Notes under the pieces: model-generated
What the model saw: the letters and a program-made list of their open reading frames with translations, nothing else
Told to the model about the DNA's origin: nothing
The model's database searches: none
Assembly (NCBI GenBank): GCA_964553625.1
Contig: CAZKKZ010000004.1
Coordinates: 149 to 64,148, forward strand
Source of the DNA: an uncultured Ruminiclostridium sp.
Lineage (GTDB): Bacteria > Bacillota > Clostridia > Oscillospirales > Ruminococcaceae
Length of the DNA: 64,000 bases
Direction of reading: 5' to 3'
Program-made: the position numbers and the translations under genes
Shown: positions 9,262 to 18,898 of the stretch, one piece after another
Layout: each line of letters begins with the position of its first letter
Numbering within the stretch: position 1 is the first letter of the stretch

Positions 9262-10548
9262 TTATTCCTTCCTTTCCGTTTCGTCCCGATAAACGGGCTT
9301 TCCGTTTACAAACGTATATTTTACCTTTCCCTTCAGGGTCATGCCCTTAAAGCAGGTGTTTTTTGATTTGGAATGAAGCTTTTCGGGATCGACCGTCCAC
9401 TCCTCGTTCAGATCGACCACCGCAATGTCCGCGGGCTCTCCGTACGTTAAGCTCCCGCCCTCGACCCCGAGCAGTCTGCGCGGGGTTTCGCACATCATTT
9501 TAACGATCTGCCGAAGCCCGATCCGTCCCGTATGGTAAAGCCGCGTCAGCGTTACGGCAAGCGATGTTTCAAGTCCGACGACCCCGTTCGGCGCGGTCAG
9601 AAAATCTGCCTTTTCCTCCGCCGTATGGGGCGCGTGATCGGTCACGATACAGTCGATCGTCCCGTCCGAAACCGCCGTCATGATCGCCTCCACATCGTCG
9701 GAGCATCGCAGAGGCGGATTCATCCGGTAATCCGCGTCGCGGCTCAGGAGGCATTCCTCGGTCAGGGTGAAGTAATGCGGCGCCGTCTCGCACGTCACCA
9801 AAACGCCGCGCTTCGCCGCGTTTCGGATCAGCGTAACGACCTCCTTGGTCGAAACGTGCGCGATATGAATCGGCATTTCCAGATCGTTCGCCAGCTGGAT
9901 TTCCCGCGCGGTAACGATGTTTTCGCTCGCTCGGTGCATTCCCTTTACCCCGAGCTGCCGCGCGATCTTCCCCGCGTTGATAATTCCGCCGTTAATAATA
10001 TCGAGATCCTCGCAGTGCGAGATCACGCGAAGCCCCGCGTAATGCGCCCGGAGCATCGCTTCGCCCATGAGTCTCGCGTTCCGCACGGGTCTTCCGTCGT
10101 CGGAAACGGCGACCGCTCCCACCTCGCGGAGTGCCCTAAAATCGCAAAGCTCTTCGCCGGCAAGCCCTCTTGTAATGCAGCCGACGGGATAGATCTTGAT
10201 TTTCGCCGACTTCGCCTTTTCGACGATCGCGCGGATCACCTCGGGAGAATCGCAGACGGGAGAGGTGTTCGGCATACAGGCGACCGCCGTTACGCCGCCC
10301 GCCGCCGCCGCCTCGGCTCCGGTAAAAAGGTCCTCCTTGTGCGTCTGCCCCGGATCACGGAAATGCACGTGCATATCGCACAGCCCGGGAAGAACGGCAA
10401 GTCCGCCGCAGTCGATCACCCGATCCGCCTCGCAGTCGATCCGCTCGGCGATCTCCCCGATCACCCCGTCGCAAATCAGCAGATCGCGCTTTCCCTCAAA
10501 GCGGTTCCTGCTGTCAACGGCATATCCGTTTTTCAATAAAATCTTCAT
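9262..10548 (-). CDS. pyrC: dihydroorotase
   Basis: 428 aa. Amidohydrolase metal motif DMHVHFRDPG in a pyr operon context. Confidence 0.93.
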   Translation of the reverse strand: MKILLKNGYAVDSRNRFEGKRDLLICDGVIGEIAERIDCEADRVIDCGGLAVLPGLCDMHVHFRDPGQTHKEDLFTGAEAAAAGGVTAVACMPNTSPVCDSPEVIRAIVEKAKSAKIKIYPVGCITRGLAGEELCDFRALREVGAVAVSDDGRPVRNARLMGEAMLRAHYAGLRVISHCEDLDIINGGIINAGKIARQLGVKGMHRASENIVTAREIQLANDLEMPIHIAHVSTKEVVTLIRNAAKRGVLVTCETAPHYFTLTEECLLSRDADYRMNPPLRCSDDVEAIMTAVSDGTIDCIVTDHAPHTAEEKADFLTAPNGVVGLETSLAVTLTRLYHTGRIGLRQIVKMMCETPRRLLGVEGGSLTYGEPADIAVVDLNEEWTVDPEKLHSKSKNTCFKGMTLKGKVKYTFVNGKPVYRDETERKE

Positions 10549-10612
10549 AAAAAACCTTACTTTCTCTTTTTACTTTTCGGCGCAATGCCAATCCTTCTCC
10601 CGACCTTGGAAA

Positions 10613-11650
10613 TTACGAGATGAAAAGCTCCGCCCGATCGCTGTCCATGATCTCCCGAAGCTCGGCGGCGATCCGTTCGCTTCCCTCCGCGTCCATTTGA
10701 TTCTCTCTGAGCTCCTCTTGGTGAATGCGGATCGCTTCGATCAGTCCGTCAATCGCTTCCCCTTCTTCTTCCTCGTCGTCTCCCTTCAGCACGCCCGCCG
10801 CGATCAGCCTTGCTAAAATCTGATTCGCCATCGCCGTGTTATCCACGCTCTCATTGCCGTCCAGATCAAAGATGTATCGGTCGTAATTAGCATAAGCCTG
10901 TTTGCTTTTCAGATAGGACATCAGCTTTTCAACTCGTTCGGGATCGTCCTCCTGCCCAAAAGCGGCGTATCTTAAAAACGTGGCAAGATCGTCGGCTAAT
11001 TCCAGTCCCGCCGCCTCATCGGTAAATCCCGTGTTATAATCCTTCGTATGGGTAACTCTGCCTTTTTGCAACGCAGTCACAACGTCCCCGTTTTTGGGAT
11101 CAATGTAAAACAGATCGGCGTTATCATTACTGATCCCCTCCGTATGATAGGTTTTCTTATACGCGTCTATCCTGTTTTGCAGCGCGTCGGTCAACGACAG
11201 CCCATTCGCCAGATCCTGCCGGATCTCCTCCATAAACCGCGGAAATTCGCCCGCTCCGATGGGAACAAGGAGCCCGTCTACCTTTCTTTCCGCCCGAATC
11301 TGTTTTAAGCCGTGTCTATAACTTACGTCCATCGTGAATCTTTCCGGATCCGATCTTATCAGTGCCTTGTCGGATTCCGAAAGACAGTAAAGATGTGCGC
11401 TCGAGCTTACGTACATATCCAAAAATTTGTTCTCTATCCGAGGTGAAACTGCCAAATCGGCAACGGTATCATAAAAATTTTCGGGCGTGACCTCGCTCGT
11501 CTGTACCGCCTGCGACCCCGCTGACGGCATGTACAGCTTCTCCGTCACACTGTCGGAAAACCGCTTGGAGATGGGAGCGGAAGCCGCGAACGGGGCGTAC
11601 GGATTTTGAAAACGAGGGGTCGGATGGATCGCGCATAATTTGATATACAT
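10613..11650 (-). CDS. hypothetical protein (acidic, no recognisable domain)
   Basis: 345-aa ORF with a strong RBS (AAAGGAGAA 5 nt before the ATG at 11650). No TM segment or signal peptide. The C-terminus is Asp/Glu-rich (GDDEEEEGEAIDG...). It ends only 64 bp upstream of pyrC on the same strand. Confidence 0.7.
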   Translation of the reverse strand: MYIKLCAIHPTPRFQNPYAPFAASAPISKRFSDSVTEKLYMPSAGSQAVQTSEVTPENFYDTVADLAVSPRIENKFLDMYVSSSAHLYCLSESDKALIRSDPERFTMDVSYRHGLKQIRAERKVDGLLVPIGAGEFPRFMEEIRQDLANGLSLTDALQNRIDAYKKTYHTEGISNDNADLFYIDPKNGDVVTALQKGRVTHTKDYNTGFTDEAAGLELADDLATFLRYAAFGQEDDPERVEKLMSYLKSKQAYANYDRYIFDLDGNESVDNTAMANQILARLIAAGVLKGDDEEEEGEAIDGLIEAIRIHQEELRENQMDAEGSERIAAELREIMDSDRAELFIS

Positions 11651-11674
11651 ACGGGTTCTCCTTTTCGCAAATTC

Positions 11675-11752
11675 TTAAGGCTACACCGCATAATGATTGT
11701 CGTGCAGATGTACGTCAAAGGCGAAGCCGGTCATTGTGCGGTGTTGCCTTAA
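11675..11752 (+). mobile_element. MITE-like fold-back element, copy 1 (short, 70 bp between TTAA/TTAA flanks)
   Basis: TTAA-GGCTACACCGCATAATGATTGTCG...CGGTCATTGTGCGGTGTTGCC-TTAA. The termini are inverted repeats of each other. Both ends match the elements at 40677..40855 and 42690..42888. Confidence 0.75.
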
Positions 11753-11768
11753 AAAGCCATATCAATTT

Positions 11769-11797
11769 ATTATACACTATCGGCGCCTTTTTTTCAA
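11769..11797 (-). promoter_or_regulatory. sigma-70-type promoter (TTGAAA-17-TATAAT) facing the 10613..11650 gene and the pyr operon
   Basis: Minus strand reads TTGAAAaaaaggcgccgatagtgTATAAT. The predicted start site lies about 10 nt before MITE copy 1. Confidence 0.55.
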
Positions 11798-11825
11798 TAT
11801 CTTTTTGCAATATTTCGGATTTTTC

Positions 11826-11869
11826 GAAAAAAACACACAAAAATACGGGTGAAATCAATTCACCCGTAT
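11826..11869 (-). terminator. rho-independent terminator after proC
   Basis: Minus strand reads ATACGGGTGAAttgatTTCACCCGTAT followed by TTTTTGTGTGTTTTTTT. Confidence 0.85.
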
Positions 11870-11876
11870 TCAACGT

Positions 11877-12662
11877 TTAACTTCCCAATTCATACGCCCG
11901 ATCGGTGCACGCCCGGCAAGCGGAAACAATATCCCCCGTAAAGTCACCGGCATAAAGCTTTTCGAGACCCGCAACGGTCGTACCGCCGGGAGAAGAAACC
12001 TGCTTAATGAGCTGATCCGCCGTCATTCCCGAACGGGTCAGCATTTCCGCGGCGCCGCAAAGGGATGCGGAAAATAAACGAAGCGCCGCGCCGGAATCGA
12101 TCCCGCTTTCCGCCGCGTAATCCAAGAAGCCCTTCGCAAAAAGATAAATAAAGGCGGGCGAGCTTCCGTTAATACAAATAATCTCCTTCATTTTATCCAT
12201 CGGAATCTCCTCGGCGATTCCGCAGCAGGCAAACAACGACTTCGCGAACCGGAATTCCTCGTCCGATACGCCCTCGCCCCGCGCAACGGCGCTTGCGCCG
12301 AATCCGAGCATCATCGGCGTATTCGGCATGACCAAAATCACCTTCGCCGAAGGAATCGTGCGCGAACGGATAAATTCAGCCGAAATCCCCGCGCAAATGG
12401 AAATAAATACGGTATCCGCCGTTACCGCGCCCGAAATCGTATCCAATACCTCGCCGAGCATTTGCGGCTTTACCGATAAAAGGACATACTTGCTTTTTTC
12501 AACCACGCTTTTTTCGTCCGCGCAAGCCGTAACGGGAAGCGCTTTCAGCTTTTCGGGATCTTTATCGAAAGCGAAAATCCCGATCTCCGGACTGCTTTTA
12601 TGAACGCCCCGTATAATGGCGGAGCCCATATTTCCCGTGCCGATCACACCCAAACGGTTCAT
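11877..12662 (-). CDS. proC: pyrroline-5-carboxylate reductase
   Basis: 261 aa. NAD(P)-binding GVIGTGNMGSAI at the N-terminus and a ProC-like C-terminus (SPGGTT). Confidence 0.92.
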   Translation of the reverse strand: MNRLGVIGTGNMGSAIIRGVHKSSPEIGIFAFDKDPEKLKALPVTACADEKSVVEKSKYVLLSVKPQMLGEVLDTISGAVTADTVFISICAGISAEFIRSRTIPSAKVILVMPNTPMMLGFGASAVARGEGVSDEEFRFAKSLFACCGIAEEIPMDKMKEIICINGSSPAFIYLFAKGFLDYAAESGIDSGAALRLFSASLCGAAEMLTRSGMTADQLIKQVSSPGGTTVAGLEKLYAGDFTGDIVSACRACTDRAYELGS

Positions 12663-12698
12663 CGCTTTTCCCTTCCTTCCCGAATTTAAAACATATTC

Positions 12699-13298
12699 CT
12701 AGTACGCCTGCCGTCCCGAAGCGCGGCGGATATGAAGCTCGTAAAAATGCCGGAGCGGAGGCAAGACCGCCATCATCATATACGAGCCGAGACAAAACGT
12801 GATCACATTCGTCGCGATCCGCGCCGTAAACGCCGCCGTAAAACTTGCCGCGGAAATGATCCCGAAGCCGTACAGCGCCCATGTGTTCAGCGTCAGATTA
12901 CAAATCGTACATACCAGCAGTCTGGCAAGAACAATCCGAAGCAGAACGATGACGCTCTTCTCCGCCTTCAGCCGATAAAGCACCGCGCCGTAAATAAATC
13001 CCTCCAGCGCCGTGATCAGCATAAACGCGGGGATAAACGCCCCGACCGGATTTACCAGATACCCGATCAGATCCGTCAGAAAACCCGCCGCCGCACCCGA
13101 AACCGGTCCGAACAGAATCCCGACCAGCGCGAGCGGCAGAAACGCGAAATTGATTTTTATATACTCCCCGAGCCGAATCGAGCCGAAGCCGTCCAGAACG
13201 ACCGCCGCCGCCAGCAGAACCCCGATCGCCGTAATACTCCGAAGATCGGTAAGCTCCTTCGCCGACCGCTTCAGAACCCGCAGTAAATTTGTAAACAT
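12699..13298 (-). CDS. folT: ECF transporter S component, folate family
   Basis: 199-aa multi-TM protein with FolT-like sequence, directly preceded by a THF riboswitch. Confidence 0.85.
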   Translation of the reverse strand: MFTNLLRVLKRSAKELTDLRSITAIGVLLAAAVVLDGFGSIRLGEYIKINFAFLPLALVGILFGPVSGAAAGFLTDLIGYLVNPVGAFIPAFMLITALEGFIYGAVLYRLKAEKSVIVLLRIVLARLLVCTICNLTLNTWALYGFGIISAASFTAAFTARIATNVITFCLGSYMMMAVLPPLRHFYELHIRRASGRQAY

Positions 13299-13385
13299 CG
13301 CTTATCCTCCTTTACGCCGATACATAAAATTCGGATAAGTGAAAAGAACCTGCGAAACGGCTTGTTCCCGGTATCGGAATTTATG

Positions 13386-13496
13386 CACAGCGAGATGCGA
13401 GAACCGCACCGCAAGCGCTGTACATCAAGTACGGCTTTTCGTCACGGCGGCAACTCTCCGTCCGCCATGCACTTAACGCGCGATCCTCTACTCTGT
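13386..13496 (-). promoter_or_regulatory. THF (tetrahydrofolate) riboswitch
   Basis: Minus strand reads ACAGAGUAGAGGAUCGCGCGUUAAGUGCAUGGCGGACGGAGAGUUGCCGCCGUGACGAAAAGCCGUACUUGAUGUACAGCGCUUGCGGUGCGGUUCUCGCAUCUCGCUGUG. It shares the conserved GAGUAG...CGCGUUAAGUG...GCGGUG...GCAUC core I recall from the THF aptamer. Downstream, CTTATCC (13339..13333) can pair with GGATAAG (13307..13301), which overlaps the SD sequence. Confidence 0.85.
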
Positions 13497-13537
13497 TAAA
13501 CCTTCCTTCGCACCGCTTTCCGCGGCGCCGGCTTCGG

Positions 13538-14509
13538 TCAGAAGCTGATCTCGTCCGCGATCTTATAAAGATCCTTCGGAAATTCCTTCTTCATCCGAAG
13601 CGCTTCCTGAATATCCACGTCGATGACCTTCCCGTCCTTTAAGCCAACAACGCGGTTCCCGATGCCCTTTTCGAGAAGCTCGACGGCGTAATAACCCATC
13701 TTGCTCGCCTCTACGCGGTCGCGAACCGTCGGCGCGCCGCCGCGCTGAACATGACCGAGGATCGTGGCGCGGCTTTCGACGCCCGTTTTTTCTTCGATCT
13801 CCCGCGCGATCTCCTGCGCGTTTCCGATTCCCTCGGAAATAACGACGATAAAGTGATGCTTATTGTTGGTATGCGTCTTGTTGATCTTCTCGACGATCGC
13901 GTCAATATTAAACGGAACCTCCGTCGTGATGATCGCGGTAGCGCCGCAGGCGATCCCCGTATTCAGCGCGATATAGCCCGCTCTTCTCCCCATGACCTCG
14001 ACAACCGAGCAGCGGTCATGCGACGAAGCGGTATCGCGGAGCTTATCGATCAGCTCCATCGCCGTGTTCATCGCCGTATCGTAGCCGATCGTATATTCCG
14101 TCATCGCAATATCATTGTCGATCGTTCCCGGAAGCCCGATACAAGGGATTCCGTGCGCGGAAAGATCCGCCGCGCCGCGGAAGGAGCCGTCTCCTCCGAT
14201 CACGACCATACCCTCGATCCCGAATTCGTGACAGGTCTTTACCGCCTTTAAAATCCCCGGCTCCTCGCGGAATTCCGCGCACCGAGCCGTATACAGAAAC
14301 GTTCCGCCGCGCTGTATCACATCGGAAACGCTCCTTACGTCAAGAATCTTAATCCCGTCGTTTTCCGCTCCGTTAATGAGTCCGTTATAGCCGCGGTAAA
14401 CGCCGTAAACCTCCATGCCCTTCCGGATCCCCGCGCGAACAACCGCACGGATCGCCGCGTTCATGCCCGGCGCGTCGCCGCCGCTCGTTAAAACACCGAT
14501 TTTCTTCAT
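13538..14509 (-). CDS. pfkA: ATP-dependent 6-phosphofructokinase
   Basis: MKKIGVLTSGGDAPGMN start (14509) and GGDGS motifs. The track ORF extends to 14584. Confidence 0.95.
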   Translation of the reverse strand: MKKIGVLTSGGDAPGMNAAIRAVVRAGIRKGMEVYGVYRGYNGLINGAENDGIKILDVRSVSDVIQRGGTFLYTARCAEFREEPGILKAVKTCHEFGIEGMVVIGGDGSFRGAADLSAHGIPCIGLPGTIDNDIAMTEYTIGYDTAMNTAMELIDKLRDTASSHDRCSVVEVMGRRAGYIALNTGIACGATAIITTEVPFNIDAIVEKINKTHTNNKHHFIVVISEGIGNAQEIAREIEEKTGVESRATILGHVQRGGAPTVRDRVEASKMGYYAVELLEKGIGNRVVGLKDGKVIDVDIQEALRMKKEFPKDLYKIADEISF

Positions 14510-14644
14510 ATCGACCGTTCCTTTCCATTGCCGAACGACAATTGTGCTGTCGGGAAAAACCCGATCTTCGCCCGCACATTGCATTATATTATATTTTACA
14601 CAAAAACGCGAAAAACGTCAAGAGGATTTCAGCAGTTTCGGGGG

Positions 14645-17600
14645 TTATTTTAAGATAATATTACTTTTTCCACAAATTTTTGCCAGTTTCGTCAAAAGTT
14701 CTTTTGTAATATTTACGTTTGGCGCACAGTTGATCCGCGTCACCGCGCGCGTATCCGAAAAGCAAAGCCTGATCTGCTCCTCTCCGGGCTCGTCCCGCAC
14801 CGCCGCCGCGACCGCCGCGATCTTCTCCTTTTCCGTGCTCTTTACATTCACATAAAGCGTTTTATATTCGGTCGGCGGGAGATCCTCCGCGCTTTCCGCG
14901 TTGTTTACAATCAGCTTCGGCTTTTCCTCGCCGTCCCCGAGGGAAACCGTCGCGTCGATCACGAGCGGAATTTCCGCCCGATTTAAAAGCGGACGAAATT
15001 TCGCGTATGCGTCGCTGAAAAAAATGCCCTCGACCGTTCCCGTCGCGTCCTCAAAAAGCGCGAAGCACATTTCTTCGCCTTTTTTGGTCATATGCGCGCG
15101 GCGCTCCGCCGTAAGAACAAGTAGCTTTACTTTCTGTCCGTCGAAAACGGGCTTTTCCCGATCGGGCATCAGCTGCGCCGCCGTCACAAAGCCGTTGATC
15201 CGGATATACTGCCCATAGCTTTCGAGCGGGTGACCCGTCGCGTAAAAGCCGAGCGCCTCCTTCTCGAGCCGCAAAAGCCGGATCGGCGGGAAGTTTTCGA
15301 CCTTTTTGATCCGAACCGTATTCGGCTGCGCCTCCACAAAATCGGAAAAACCCATCTGCCCGTTTAAATTCCGATTCCTGCTTTCACAGGCGGCGGCATA
15401 CATCTCCTCGTAGTTCTCGAGAAGCTCCCGCCGATTCTGCGGAAGACGGTCGAACGCGCCCGCCTTAATAAGCGACTCCACCGCGCGTTTATTCAGCTCG
15501 CGGTCGTTCATGCGCATTAAAAAATCCGAAAGATCGGCAAACGGACGAACGCTCCGCTCGGCGATCACCGCGCCGATCAGGTTCCGTCCGACATTCCGCA
15601 CCGCGAGAAGCCCGTAGCGGATATTGTTTCCTTCCACGGTAAAGGTCAGCATACTCGCGTTAATATCGGGCGGAAGCAGCGCTATGCCGTGCTTTTTTAA
15701 ATCGGAAACATATTCGAGGAGCTTTTCGGGGCTTTCGAGAATGCTCGACAACAGCCCGACGGTATATTCCTTATAATAATGCTTCCGAAGGTATGCCGTC
15801 TGGTAGGACAGGAACGCATACGCGGCGGCGTGGGATTTATTGAAGGCGTAGGTCGCGAACGCGCTCATTTCCTCAAAAATCGCGGCTGCCGCGCCCTCCG
15901 GCACGCCGTTTTTTACCGCGCCGCAGTTCGTATCCGTTCCGTAAATAAACGCGTTCCGCTCCTTTTCCATGACGTCCTTTTTCTTTTTTGCCATGGCGCG
16001 GCGCACCAGATCCGCCCGCCCGTAAGAATAGCCGCCGAGCTTCCGACAAATCTGCATGACCTGCTCCTGATAAACAATACAGCCGTAGGTGACTTCGAGA
16101 ATCTCGCGGAGCAGCTCCGTCCGATAGGTAATCTGCTCGGGGTGGTGCTTGTTTTTGATATAAGCGGAGATCGACTGCATCGGTCCGGGACGGTACAGCG
16201 AAATCACCGCGATCAGATCCTCGATCGAGGTCGGTCTCAGGCGCGCGAGAACGCTTTTCATGCCCGCGCTTTCAAACTGGAACACGCCGTTCGTATCCCC
16301 CGCGGTCAGCATTTCAAAAACGCTTTCGTCATTTTCGGGGATTTCCGAAAGCGAAAAATCGGGCTCCCTTTGCCGGATCAGCTTCACGCAGTCGTCCACG
16401 ATCGTCAGGTACCGAAGCCCGAGAAAATCCATTTTCAGAAGCCCGAGCTGTTCGAGCGTTCCCATGGGATACTGCGTCACCATATAATCGCCGCTTTTCG
16501 TCAGCGGGACATAGCTCGTGACCGGATCGCGCGTAATCACCACGCCCGCCGCGTGCATGGATGCGTGGCGGGGCATTCCCTCCAGCTTCAGCGCGTTTTC
16601 GATCAGCCGCCCCAGAGACGGATCGGCGTCAACCGCGTCCCTCAGCTGCTTATTTTCCGACAATGCGCCCGAGATCGTAACATTTGGTCCGAACGGGATC
16701 ATTTTCGAGAGCATATCCGCCTTGGCGTAGGGGATTCCCATGACCCGCCCGACGTCCTTGATCGCCGCTTTTGCCGCGAGCGTTCCGAAGGTAATGATCT
16801 GCGCGACGTGATCGCTTCCGTATTTACCCGCGACGTAGTCGATGACCTCCTGTCGGCGGCGATAGCAAAAATCCACGTCGAAATCGGGCATGCTGACGCG
16901 CTCGGGATTTAAAAAGCGCTCAAATAAGAGTTGGTACCGAAGCGGGTCAATCGAGGTGATCTCCAGCGCATAAGCGCAAATACTCCCGACCCCCGAGCCC
17001 CGCCCGGGACCGACGGGAATCCCCTTGGAGCGCGCAAAGGCGATAAAATCCGCGACGATCAGGAAATAATCCACATAGCCCATCTGAACGATCGTGTCGA
17101 GCTCATAACGGGCGCGCTCCCTGACCTCCTCCGAAAGAACCTCCCCGTACCGCTTCCGAAGCCCCGCCGCGACCTGACGGCGGAAATACCCCTCGTTATC
17201 GTCCGTCCCCTCGATCTTAAAATAAGGAAGCTTCGTGACCCCGAATTCAAAGCTGACATTGCACTGCTCCGCGATCTTCACCGTGTTTAAAAGCGCGTGC
17301 TCGGGAAAAAGCCTTGCCATTTCCTCAGTCGATTTCAGATAAAACTCGTCGGTCGGAAAGCTGAGCGAATCGGGGCTGTCGAGCGTTTTTCCCGTGGAAA
17401 TGCAGGTTAATATCCGCTGGGTTTCGCTGTCCGCCTTGGTCAGATAATGCGCGTCGTTCGTCGCGGCGACGGGGATTCCCGTTTCCTCGGACAATTGATA
17501 TAAAAGAGGGAGAATGCGGCGCTGTTCCTCGATCCCGTGATCCTGAACCTCGAGGTAATAATTTCCGTCGCCGAAGATCGCGCGGTATTCGAGGGCGCAC

Positions 17601-18067
17601 TCCCTCGCCGCCTCATAATTTCCGTTCAGAAGAAGGCGCGGAACCTCCCCCGCGAGACAGGCGGAAAGACAGATCAGCCCCTCCCGATATTCCCGCAGAA
17701 GCTCCTTATCACAGCGCGGACGGTTGTAAAAGCCCTCAATGTGCGCGGCGGAGACGATCTTCACCAAATTCCGATAGCCGACGTTGTTCTTGCACAAAAG
17801 GATCAGATGATACGGCGAAAGATCCTCGCGCGATTCCTTCCGATGCCTTCCGCGCGGGGCGACGTAGACCTCGCAGCCGATGATCGGCTTGATCCCGTTT
17901 TTAACGCATTCGTTATAAAAATCCACACAGCCGTACATGACCCCGTGATCCGTAATGGCGGCGGCGGTTTGTCCAAGCTCTTTGACACGAGAAACAAGCC
18001 CCTTAATCCGGCAGGCGCCGTCCAAGAGGCTGTACTCGCTGTGAACATGAAGATGAACAAAATCCAT
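14645..18067 (-). CDS. dnaE: DNA polymerase III alpha subunit
   Basis: 1140 aa. PHP domain start FVHLHVHSEYSLLDG, then polymerase core and an OB fold. Confidence 0.97.
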   Translation of the reverse strand: MDFVHLHVHSEYSLLDGACRIKGLVSRVKELGQTAAAITDHGVMYGCVDFYNECVKNGIKPIIGCEVYVAPRGRHRKESREDLSPYHLILLCKNNVGYRNLVKIVSAAHIEGFYNRPRCDKELLREYREGLICLSACLAGEVPRLLLNGNYEAARECALEYRAIFGDGNYYLEVQDHGIEEQRRILPLLYQLSEETGIPVAATNDAHYLTKADSETQRILTCISTGKTLDSPDSLSFPTDEFYLKSTEEMARLFPEHALLNTVKIAEQCNVSFEFGVTKLPYFKIEGTDDNEGYFRRQVAAGLRKRYGEVLSEEVRERARYELDTIVQMGYVDYFLIVADFIAFARSKGIPVGPGRGSGVGSICAYALEITSIDPLRYQLLFERFLNPERVSMPDFDVDFCYRRRQEVIDYVAGKYGSDHVAQIITFGTLAAKAAIKDVGRVMGIPYAKADMLSKMIPFGPNVTISGALSENKQLRDAVDADPSLGRLIENALKLEGMPRHASMHAAGVVITRDPVTSYVPLTKSGDYMVTQYPMGTLEQLGLLKMDFLGLRYLTIVDDCVKLIRQREPDFSLSEIPENDESVFEMLTAGDTNGVFQFESAGMKSVLARLRPTSIEDLIAVISLYRPGPMQSISAYIKNKHHPEQITYRTELLREILEVTYGCIVYQEQVMQICRKLGGYSYGRADLVRRAMAKKKKDVMEKERNAFIYGTDTNCGAVKNGVPEGAAAAIFEEMSAFATYAFNKSHAAAYAFLSYQTAYLRKHYYKEYTVGLLSSILESPEKLLEYVSDLKKHGIALLPPDINASMLTFTVEGNNIRYGLLAVRNVGRNLIGAVIAERSVRPFADLSDFLMRMNDRELNKRAVESLIKAGAFDRLPQNRRELLENYEEMYAAACESRNRNLNGQMGFSDFVEAQPNTVRIKKVENFPPIRLLRLEKEALGFYATGHPLESYGQYIRINGFVTAAQLMPDREKPVFDGQKVKLLVLTAERRAHMTKKGEEMCFALFEDATGTVEGIFFSDAYAKFRPLLNRAEIPLVIDATVSLGDGEEKPKLIVNNAESAEDLPPTEYKTLYVNVKSTEKEKIAAVAAAVRDEPGEEQIRLCFSDTRAVTRINCAPNVNITKELLTKLAKICGKSNIILK

Positions 18068-18898
18068 TTAGTCCCCTAATCCCTCCGCGATTTTTTTCAG
18101 GCGTTCGAGCCGGTGATTCACCCCGCTTCGACTAAGCGGCGGGTCGAGAAGCCTTCCCAGCTCGCTCAAAGAAATATCGGGATTCTCGAGCCGCACCCGC
18201 GCAAGCTCGCGAAGCTCGGACGGAAGGGATTCTAACCCCTTTTTTTCCTCAATCTTACGAATCCACCCGATCTGCTCCGTCGAAGCGGCGACCGTTTTCC
18301 CGAGATTCGCCGCTTCGCAGTTGACAACGCGGTTAATCCCGCTTCGGAAATCCTTGTAGATTTTAATGTTCATGATCTCCATCGCGTTTCGGGTCGCGCC
18401 GATATAGGTCAGGAAATCCGCGGCGTGTTCGCTGTTTTTCGTGTACAAAAACGGAATCCCCGCACGGGAGGATTTTTTCACGCTCATTCCGTGCTCGTTG
18501 ATCAGCCGGAGCGCCCGATCGCACTTTTCGTCCGTATACAGGGACAATTCCAGATGATACCCCGCCTTCTGCACCGAAACCTTCCCGCAGGAAAGAAACA
18601 CGCCCCGCAAAAAGAACCCGGTGCTGAGATCGTCACCGCCCGGGAGGACGGGGGCGCCCGCACCCTGCCCCAAACGAAAAACAAAGAGCGTTTTCCCGCC
18701 CCTTTTTTTCGTTTCGGAAAGCGCGAAGGAGCCGAACACCGCTAAAAGCCGATCCCGAACGGGAAGCAGCTCGGTCGTAAGCGTCGGCTTTTCCTCTCTC
18801 AGCCCGTAAAGAACGCCGCTTTGAAAAGCCCCCGAAAGCTCGGCGGGCAGCGCCGTCTCACAAATTTCCGTTTTCACATCTCCGGTAAATGACATCAT
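18068..18898 (-). CDS. whiA: DNA-binding protein WhiA
   Basis: 276 aa. WhiA-like middle region (IGATRNAMEIMNIKIYKDFRSGINRVVNCEAANL) and a C-terminal HTH. Immediately downstream of rapZ. Confidence 0.85.
   Translation of the reverse strand: MMSFTGDVKTEICETALPAELSGAFQSGVLYGLREEKPTLTTELLPVRDRLLAVFGSFALSETKKRGGKTLFVFRLGQGAGAPVLPGGDDLSTGFFLRGVFLSCGKVSVQKAGYHLELSLYTDEKCDRALRLINEHGMSVKKSSRAGIPFLYTKNSEHAADFLTYIGATRNAMEIMNIKIYKDFRSGINRVVNCEAANLGKTVAASTEQIGWIRKIEEKKGLESLPSELRELARVRLENPDISLSELGRLLDPPLSRSGVNHRLERLKKIAEGLGD

Noticed and set aside
10549-10612. Looked for a PyrR-binding attenuator upstream of pyrC and in the 11.65-11.77 kb leader.
   Set aside because: There is no ARUCCAGAGAGGYU-like loop and no terminator/antiterminator pair. 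The only hairpin there is the MITE copy.
11798-11830. CTTTTTGCAATATTTCGGATTTTTCGAAAAAAA resembles the interior of MITE copy 3 (TTTTTTGCAGGAATCCTGCCGGATTTCAAGAAAAAA). It could be a degenerate element fragment next to copy 1.
   Set aside because: The stretch is too short and AT-rich to separate from chance. It has no termini and no flanking duplication.
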